Of a DNA stretch of 64,000 nt, positions 57,535-64,000 are shown one piece after another. The notes under the pieces are model-generated. The model saw nothing but the letters and a program-made list of their open reading frames with translations. It did no database searches and had not been told where the DNA came from. Position numbers and translations under genes: made by a program. The stretch comes from Bacillota bacterium (lineage in GTDB: Bacteria; Bacillota; DTU025). The stretch is from assembly GCA_050951805.1 (NCBI GenBank), contig JBMNJT010000005.1, positions 1-64,000 of the forward strand. The letters run 5' to 3'. Within the stretch, counting starts at the first letter, position 1, and every line of letters begins with the position of its first letter.

Positions 57535-58389
57535 TCAGCCCTTGATTCCAGCTGACGAGACTCCCTCGACCAAGTACTTCTGCAACAACAGAAATAGAAT
57601 GAACGTTGGGATAAAGCCCCACACTGCTCCTGCCATGACCACCCCCATTCCTCCCATTTCTCCCCTTGACCCGCTGGCCTGAAGTGCAGACAACCCTATC
57701 TGCAGGGTGAACATGTCTCTGGTCTGAGTCATGATCAACGGATACAGGAAATCATTCCACTGCGTCACGAAATTGAACGTCGCAAGAACCGCCAGTGCCG
57801 GCTTGCACATGGGGAGCAGTATCTTAGAGTAGAACTGAAATCTAGTGCAGCCGTCGAGACTTGCTGCTTCGTCGTAATCCTTGGGAATTGGCTCCATGAA
57901 TTGCTTGAGCAAAAAGATCCCAAACGCGCTCGAAGCCGTGGGCAACAGCAATGCCGTGTAAGTGTTTGTAAGATTCAGTTTGGAAAAAAGCAAGAACAAC
58001 GGTACTAAGGTAGTCTGACTCGGTATTATCAGCATGGACATCATCATCCAAAAGAGTATGTCTTTGCCGGGAAATGACGTCCTGGCAAACGCATAAGCCG
58101 CAAGCGAACACGTTATCAGCTGTAGAATTGTGCTTCCGCCCGCCACAATAAAGCTGTTTAGTGTCCATCGCATGATCGGATTCTGCTTAAACAGCATCCT
58201 ATAGTTCTCCATCGATGGATTCTCAGGGATCCATCTGAACGGATACTCCAATACCTGCGAACCTGGCTTAAGAGACTGGGAAACCATTGCAATAAATGGA
58301 ACAATCATTGTTGATCCGAGCAATACTAGGATAAAGTAGGTCCAGAAGTTTTTCATCGGCATTTTTCTTAATCGATTCATCACTCTCAC
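57535..58389 (-). CDS. carbohydrate ABC transporter permease (MalG-like)
   Basis: IPKDYDEAASLDGC. Confidence 0.93.
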   Translation of the reverse strand: MRVMNRLRKMPMKNFWTYFILVLLGSTMIVPFIAMVSQSLKPGSQVLEYPFRWIPENPSMENYRMLFKQNPIMRWTLNSFIVAGGSTILQLITCSLAAYAFARTSFPGKDILFWMMMSMLIIPSQTTLVPLFLLFSKLNLTNTYTALLLPTASSAFGIFLLKQFMEPIPKDYDEAASLDGCTRFQFYSKILLPMCKPALAVLATFNFVTQWNDFLYPLIMTQTRDMFTLQIGLSALQASGSRGEMGGMGVVMAGAVWGFIPTFILFLLLQKYLVEGVSSAGIKG

Positions 58390-58393
58390 CCTC

Positions 58394-59272
58394 TCACCTT
58401 GCCCGCAGCAGCTTGCTTTGGAGTATGATGATCGGCAATACCATGATCAACATCACTACTGACATAGTTGAAGCGTATCCTAGGTCAAAGTATTGAAAAC
58501 CTGTTTCATACAAGTAGTAAACCAGCGTAGTTGTGGATCTGGCAGGTCCTCCATGGGTCATCATGTACGGTTGGACGAACATCTGGAACGACCATATTAT
58601 CAACATCACAGTGGAAAAAAGCGTCGTGGGCCTCAAAAGAGGCAGAGTGATATGCCTGAATACCTGCCATTCTGTGGCGCCTTCCACTCGTGCCGCCTCA
58701 TGAAGTGCAACGTCAATCTGCTGAAAGCCTGCAAGGAATATAACTATGGTGTAACCTACGTTCTTCCATATCGACATGAGAACGAGAGACGGCAGAGCAA
58801 GTTTGGGGCTTAAAAGCCATGGCACCGATGCGATTCCTATCTTGTTCAGAATCGAATTGAGCAAGCCGATGTCTGCGTCATATATCCATTGCCAAAGTAT
58901 TACGACAATGACATAGGATGTTATCACCGGCAGGTAGAAGATCGATCTGAACAGGTTCATCCCCTTGAGCTTCTTGTTGAGCACGAAAGCTAAGAGCACT
59001 GATATGATCAGGCTTGGCACTACATAAAGCGCACAGTAATACAATGTATTTACGAGCGCCTTTCTAAAGACGGCATCATGAAACAGCCTTCTGTAGTTGT
59101 CGAACCCTATGAATCTTGGCTCGGTCAGCGCTGACCAAGAATAGAAGCTCAGCACTACGTTGGCAACGAGTACACTCAACCCAAACACGAGGAATATGAT
59201 GAAGGAGGGGGCCAAAAAGTAGTATGACTCCCGCGATTTCCTCAGTTCCGACAATGTGTTCACAAACCTCAC
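58394..59272 (-). CDS. carbohydrate ABC transporter permease (MalF-like)
   Basis: LHEAARVEGA, GGPARSTTT. Confidence 0.93.
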   Translation of the reverse strand: MRFVNTLSELRKSRESYYFLAPSFIIFLVFGLSVLVANVVLSFYSWSALTEPRFIGFDNYRRLFHDAVFRKALVNTLYYCALYVVPSLIISVLLAFVLNKKLKGMNLFRSIFYLPVITSYVIVVILWQWIYDADIGLLNSILNKIGIASVPWLLSPKLALPSLVLMSIWKNVGYTIVIFLAGFQQIDVALHEAARVEGATEWQVFRHITLPLLRPTTLFSTVMLIIWSFQMFVQPYMMTHGGPARSTTTLVYYLYETGFQYFDLGYASTMSVVMLIMVLPIIILQSKLLRAR

Positions 59273-59295
59273 CTCGACTGTCTGCCGGATCTTGT

Positions 59296-60378
59296 CTAAA
59301 GCCTGTTCTCTCTCCTCAGAGCAAGAAGCAACGACTCCCTCACGCCCAGTGGAAGCTGAACGGGAGAATTCCCCCGTCTTTGCGACTCATAGATTGCCAT
59401 GATGGCCTCCAAGGCTGCACGTCCGTCCTCCCCCGTGCTCCTGCTTGGCTCCCCAGTCTCTACGCAGTGTATAAGCTCGCCTATTGCGTCCATATATACA
59501 TTGGCTTCTCGTTCAGGCTTCGGGAATTCAACCTTCTCAAGTTCCCGAAAGCCCGCAGCTCTCTTGCTCGGAACCACCTGCCACATCTCCGCATCGGGTC
59601 CAAGGAGTATCTTGCCGTCCGAACCCTGAAGTTCTATGTCAAACCGCATATACGACGTTCTCTCATTAACCAAGGCAACAGCGGATACGCCATTCTTGAA
59701 GCGCATATGCGAGAAGCAGGTGTCTTCGACGCCATAGTGCAGATGCTTGCGCTTTTCAGCACTGCCAACTACTGAATCAATGTCCCCTGCGAAGAACCTC
59801 ATGATATCGTAGAGGTGAGTGGCGTCGTGAAGCAGGGGGCCTTCTCTGTCGCTCAGCCAGTCGGGAGAAGGTTTGCACCCTTGACAATTCCCAAAGATGC
59901 TAACGAGTTCCCCGATGGCGCCCAAATCCAACAGCTCCTTAGCCTTCACGTAATAGCTGTTCCATCGCCTGTTATGCATCACCATGAGAACTGTGCCAGA
60001 TTTTCGACAGGCTTCTATCATGTCATCCGCATCATCAAGGCTCAACGAGATGGGCTTTTCGCATAGAATGCCGCGCACCCCGCACTCAGCGGCTTTGACC
60101 ACTATGTCGCGGTGAAGCTCCGGGTTAGTGGTTACACTGAGCAAATCCAGGTTCTCCTTCTCGAGCATCTCGTTGAAATCCGTATACAAAGCGTCGACGC
60201 CGAATCGCTCGCCGAAACCCTTCAAGCTTTTGTCAGTTCGTGATGAAGCAGCGACAATCTGAGTGTTAGGAATGCTCGCATATGCGCCCGCATGTGTACA
60301 CGGTTTGGGACGATTGGGGTCATCCTCAAGTTTCCACCCGATGCGGCCGCATCCAACGATCCCAGCTCGGTATCTCAT
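59296..60378 (-). CDS. Gfo/Idh/MocA family oxidoreductase
   Basis: GCGRIG, CEKP, HNRRW, LHDATHLYD. Confidence 0.92.
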   Translation of the reverse strand: MRYRAGIVGCGRIGWKLEDDPNRPKPCTHAGAYASIPNTQIVAASSRTDKSLKGFGERFGVDALYTDFNEMLEKENLDLLSVTTNPELHRDIVVKAAECGVRGILCEKPISLSLDDADDMIEACRKSGTVLMVMHNRRWNSYYVKAKELLDLGAIGELVSIFGNCQGCKPSPDWLSDREGPLLHDATHLYDIMRFFAGDIDSVVGSAEKRKHLHYGVEDTCFSHMRFKNGVSAVALVNERTSYMRFDIELQGSDGKILLGPDAEMWQVVPSKRAAGFRELEKVEFPKPEREANVYMDAIGELIHCVETGEPSRSTGEDGRAALEAIMAIYESQRRGNSPVQLPLGVRESLLLALRRENRL

Positions 60379-60412
60379 AACTCGATTCTCCTTCCTATCT
60401 GGATGACGACAA

Positions 60413-61405
60413 CTATATGAGCACAGGAGAATGCTGCTTAGCAGAAGCCCTCGCAGCGCTCAGGATTTTCACTATCTCGCCCATCTCCAACGGAGGCACA
60501 GGAAAGCAACGCCGATCTATGCATTTCAGGAACTGTCTCATGGTCTCCACAAACCCGCCATATGCCGACAAGGCGTTACCGATGCCGTCGGGCGTGCCAT
60601 ATCCTTCATTACATAACTTGGCACACAGTTCACGGCTGTCTATGGAGTCTTCTGAGCCATTGACCATCACAGAGTATTCGAGCTCGTTCGTTGCGCAAAC
60701 CACATCGCAGACCGCTATTGCACCATCCGCAAACTTGATGGTAATGGCTGCCGTATCCTCCGATTCTATGTCTTTGTACTTGACTCTGCTCGTCTCACAG
60801 TACACACTTGCTGCCCCGGGCCCAAGCATCATATATCCAAGCTCTACAGCATGAACACCAATGTCCACAACCATACCCCCGCCCAACGACAGAGAATCAT
60901 GCCATCTCTTTCTGGGGTCTGTAGCGAAATGATGCATAGTGTGAATGACCCTAGCATGAGCCAAAGTGGGAAGTCCTAGCCGCCCCTCCCTCACACTTCG
61001 CGCGATCTCCTGGAATACCGGCGAAAACCTGAGCGGACTGCAGGAGAGAATGGGGCAATCGTTGCTCACAGCCGTGTCAAGAAGGTCCTTTGCCTCTTCA
61101 TAATCAAAGCTCAGAGGCTTTTCAACATAGGCCGGCACACCTTGTTCAACAAAAGCCTTCGCCAGCTTGCAGTGATCGGCGTTTATGCTTTCGACAAGCA
61201 CCCCATCAAGGGGCGCCTTCAGAAGCTCCTGCCATGTTGGCGCCGCTTCACAGCCATTTTCCCTGGCAAAAGCCTCGGCGGCATCCCGGTGATAATCCCA
61301 CACATATGCGACATCTGCTCCTTCAGCCTTGAGTATCCGCGCAAATGTGTATGGGTTCGACAGTCCAAGCCCGATTATGCCGATTCGAGGTCTGTCATGC
61401 GACAC
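60413..61405 (-). CDS. Gfo/Idh/MocA family oxidoreductase
   Basis: IGIIGLG, VEKP, SPLRF, GGGMVVDIGVH. Confidence 0.88.
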   Translation of the reverse strand: MSHDRPRIGIIGLGLSNPYTFARILKAEGADVAYVWDYHRDAAEAFARENGCEAAPTWQELLKAPLDGVLVESINADHCKLAKAFVEQGVPAYVEKPLSFDYEEAKDLLDTAVSNDCPILSCSPLRFSPVFQEIARSVREGRLGLPTLAHARVIHTMHHFATDPRKRWHDSLSLGGGMVVDIGVHAVELGYMMLGPGAASVYCETSRVKYKDIESEDTAAITIKFADGAIAVCDVVCATNELEYSVMVNGSEDSIDSRELCAKLCNEGYGTPDGIGNALSAYGGFVETMRQFLKCIDRRCFPVPPLEMGEIVKILSAARASAKQHSPVLI

Positions 61406-61432
61406 TCTGCATACCCTCCAAGCTTCAATCTA

Positions 61433-62335
61433 CTAAATAAGACCATGCTCGCTCAGTATGCGAGATAGTATCTCCAAATCGTCCAGGGGTTTCTGGTCAT
61501 CGAGCGGATGGGTCAGTTTACCCGAGCCCTCCCCCATCATCTTGAGGCAGGCCTTGAGCGCCCCCACAGGAGAACCACCATGCTTATATACCTCGCATAG
61601 CGACGAGACCCCGGACTGCATCTTGACGGCTGTGGCTGCATCACCGCTTGCAGCCGCGTCGTACAGGTCAACGCATGCTTTCGGATCCAGGTTGGCTATC
61701 CCCGGCACAGCTCCATGCCCGCCCATAAGCACACTGGCTCCTATCGACAATTCATCGCCCTGGAGAACACTGAATCGGCTTGCTGATGAAGCCAGCGATA
61801 TGAGACGTTGGTGATAGTCGAAATCGCCGGAGCTATCCTTTATCCCGATGATGTTAGGGTTGTCGGTAAGTCGCCAGACCGTTTCAATGCCGATCCAGGT
61901 CTTGGTCGTCTGTGGAACATTATAGAGAACTACCGGGACTTGGCTCTTTTCTGCAATGTCCTCGTAGAACTTGACTAGCGCTTCCTGTTGGGTTGGGAAG
62001 TAGTAAGGGGTGCACACAACTATGGCGGATACGCCAGGCAGTGCAGCGGCCTGCATGTTCTCGAAGACCCTGGCTGTGCTGGTATCTCCTACTCCAACAA
62101 GCACCGGCATCTTGCCGCCAACCTCATCAACAGCAGTCTCGATCACCCGTGCCTTGCAGGCATCTGTCAGAGCCGCAAATTCCCCACTGGAGCCGAGAAT
62201 GAAAATACCCGATGCGCCTGCTCGAACCATTCTCCGTATGGATCTGCGGAATGCCTGCTCATCCAAGGCACCATCATCATCGAGAGGCGTAACAAGTGGT
62301 GGAATTATCCCTTTTAGTTCGAAGTCAGCTGTCAT
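61433..62335 (-). CDS. dihydrodipicolinate synthase/N-acetylneuraminate lyase family protein
   Basis: GIIPPLVTP, GSSGE, PYY, LYNVP, GIKDSSGD. Confidence 0.92.
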   Translation of the reverse strand: MTADFELKGIIPPLVTPLDDDGALDEQAFRRSIRRMVRAGASGIFILGSSGEFAALTDACKARVIETAVDEVGGKMPVLVGVGDTSTARVFENMQAAALPGVSAIVVCTPYYFPTQQEALVKFYEDIAEKSQVPVVLYNVPQTTKTWIGIETVWRLTDNPNIIGIKDSSGDFDYHQRLISLASSASRFSVLQGDELSIGASVLMGGHGAVPGIANLDPKACVDLYDAAASGDAATAVKMQSGVSSLCEVYKHGGSPVGALKACLKMMGEGSGKLTHPLDDQKPLDDLEILSRILSEHGLI

Positions 62336-63063
62336 TTTTCCGTATCCCCTTCTTGACGTTGAGCAAAGTAGTAGCGCTGTAAATGCCTCGTCATAAGCTC
62401 TTCACATTTGCCAACATTTTTCTGTCGAAAAGCATTGTAAATCTCTTTGTGCTCGCTGAGGATTCTGGCAGGGCTGACACCGGCACCTACCCCCTCTGCA
62501 GAGATGATATGGAAGAATTCCTGTAAAGTGTGGGAAGACTGACTCAGAATTGGATTGTGTGTTGCTTCTACAATTGCTTGGTGAAATGCAAGATCTTCTG
62601 CTGCACAGCTTTCGCCTGCTTCAACTTTTGCTTCCATTCGATATATGGTTTCTGCCATAGCTTCATAGTCGCTCTGGTCAGCCTTCTCCACAGCCAATTT
62701 CAAAGCCGCGGTCTCTAACACTAGGCGAGCCTCATTAAGCTGGAAAATCTTCTCTGTGTTGAGCCCGGAATTGAACGCAACTGCATGAATCAACGAGGCC
62801 ACATTGGGCTCGCTCACGGTAATACCTACCTTTGGCTTGGACTCCACTATCCCTAAAGCCTGCAAGCCCACAATTGCTTCTCTAACCGATGATCTGCTTA
62901 CGCCGAGCATTTCAGCGAGTTCCCTTTCAGTGGGCAACCTATCACCAGTTCTGAGGCCCTTCTGGACTATGTATCTTTTTATCGCCTCTTCAACTTGCTG
63001 GCTCACGGATTTGTGTTCAATCTTCTGCACAACGCCCTCTCCTTGCAGCCTCATTTTGGACAT
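62332..63063 (-). CDS. FadR/GntR-family regulator (FCD domain)
   Basis: LPTERELAEMLGVSRSSVREA, EARLVLE, DLAFH, EHKEIY. Confidence 0.93.
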   Translation of the reverse strand: MSKMRLQGEGVVQKIEHKSVSQQVEEAIKRYIVQKGLRTGDRLPTERELAEMLGVSRSSVREAIVGLQALGIVESKPKVGITVSEPNVASLIHAVAFNSGLNTEKIFQLNEARLVLETAALKLAVEKADQSDYEAMAETIYRMEAKVEAGESCAAEDLAFHQAIVEATHNPILSQSSHTLQEFFHIISAEGVGAGVSPARILSEHKEIYNAFRQKNVGKCEELMTRHLQRYYFAQRQEGDTEK

Positions 63064-63080
63064 ATCATCCTATGGTATTA

Positions 63081-63091
63081 TGGTCAGACCA
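63081..63091. promoter_or_regulatory. FadR-type operator
   Basis: TGGT-CAG-ACCA dyad just upstream of the FadR gene start, inside a larger ATCCT..GGT/ACC..AGGAT dyad. Confidence 0.65.
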
Positions 63092-63260
63092 CAGGATCGA
63101 TGTTTGTATTCTACACGCCTCGCAAAACTCCTTCTCTAAAATTGAAAAGGCCATCTGCATCAAAAAGCGAACTCTATACACTAGCAACCCAAAACTCTCA
63201 TGGACATCCGCCAGCGATCTTCCACCATGCTGGTCTCCATAGAGCAGGAGGGAAATACAC

Positions 63261-64000
63261 ATGAGCGTGCCAGGAGTCCCCAAGCCTGAAGTCGCAGTCA
63301 GGCCGGTCCTCGACAGCAAGCAAAGGGCGTTCGTCGATTGCCAACATGGGTGCGTGGTGCTGCACGCGCCTGTCGGTACCGGGAAAACCCTAGCCCTTGC
63401 CGAGAGGGCTGCAGAAGCCATACGCCACGGGGTTGATCCCAATAGAATACTGTGTGTCACGTTCACGAACAGGGCCGCAGAGGAGCTTCGCCAACGGATA
63501 AGAGTCAGTTGTGGAGAGCATGCAAGAGGCGTAGTGGTCCGCACCTTCCACAGCCTTTGCGCGTGGATGCTGAGGAGCGAGGCAAAACAGATGAGTCTTC
63601 CATCAGACTTTGTCATCTTCGATGACGACGACTCCATGGAGATCATCAGACAATGCGCGAAAAGGACTGGCGTTCATCTCGTTTGCTCAGGCTATGACGA
63701 TGAAGCGAGAGATGCGCAGGATGCGATCACAACTGCTAAGATAAATGCTCCTGATGCCGTGCTTTCCACAAATTCCGTGCAAGATGCGGTCTTCGACAGC
63801 CTGCCCCGAGCATGGCGTCGTCTGGCCCTTGCCTACCAGGATGAACTTGCTGCCCATCATGCCCTCGACTTCGCCGATCTCGTCTACTTTGCTCGCGCTA
63901 TGCTCTCTGTCGAGCCGGACATTGCCAACCGCTGGTCCGAACGTTTCTCCATGATACAAGTGGACGAAATGCAGGATACGCACGTGTCGGAATATCAGGT
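63261..64000 (+). CDS. UvrD/PcrA/Rep-family ATP-dependent helicase, 5' part (runs off the window; absent from the ORF track)
   Basis: AGGAGG RBS; translation gives HAPVGTGKT (Walker A), ILCVTFTNRAAEE, TFHSL, LDFADL, VDEMQD. Confidence 0.92.
   Translation, partial: MSVPGVPKPEVAVRPVLDSKQRAFVDCQHGCVVLHAPVGTGKTLALAERAAEAIRHGVDPNRILCVTFTNRAAEELRQRIRVSCGEHARGVVVRTFHSLCAWMLRSEAKQMSLPSDFVIFDDDDSMEIIRQCAKRTGVHLVCSGYDDEARDAQDAITTAKINAPDAVLSTNSVQDAVFDSLPRAWRRLALAYQDELAAHHALDFADLVYFARAMLSVEPDIANRWSERFSMIQVDEMQDTHVSEYQ

Noticed and set aside
63065-63983. Minus-strand ORFs of 193 and 98 aa
   Set aside because: Shadows of the plus-strand UvrD helicase, which carries all expected motifs

Overview
A 64-kb, moderately GC-rich bacterial chromosomal segment. 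Gene content (ECF transporter, DegV, YczE, DUF5685, Tex) looks like an anaerobic Firmicute/Bacillota, and non-lipidated solute-binding proteins hint at a diderm lineage; both are inferences. Most genes lie on the minus strand. From left to right: (1) a decayed orphan Rhs module with a premature TAA in the core motif, read in frame into a secreted RCC1-repeat protein; (2) the most unusual locus, a tightly coupled minus-strand operon of Cys-tailed small protein, GrpE, Hsp70, HPD-containing J-like protein, second Hsp70, atypical polyprenyl synthase and a DUF2232-like membrane protein, converging on a DUF5685 gene and a small beta-rich protein; (3) ferritin, a lipoprotein, MerR+MATE with a 19-bp-spacer promoter, a DegT-like enzyme, DegV/YczE, a GNAT-like protein and Tex; (4) an 11-gene ECF-transporter/ADP-ribosylglycohydrolase/PfkB/aldolase/dehydrogenase/FGGY/MFS/pterin-binding-like/phosphodiesterase operon, preceded by an array of GTCTAA-N3-TTAGAC dyads; (5) an MMPL-TetR operon with a perfect operator; (6) two carbohydrate ABC utilisation clusters; (7) several pseudogenes and a partial UvrD helicase at the right edge. 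I saw no rRNA, tRNA, CRISPR array or intact transposase. Family assignments come from recognising motifs by eye, not from database searches.
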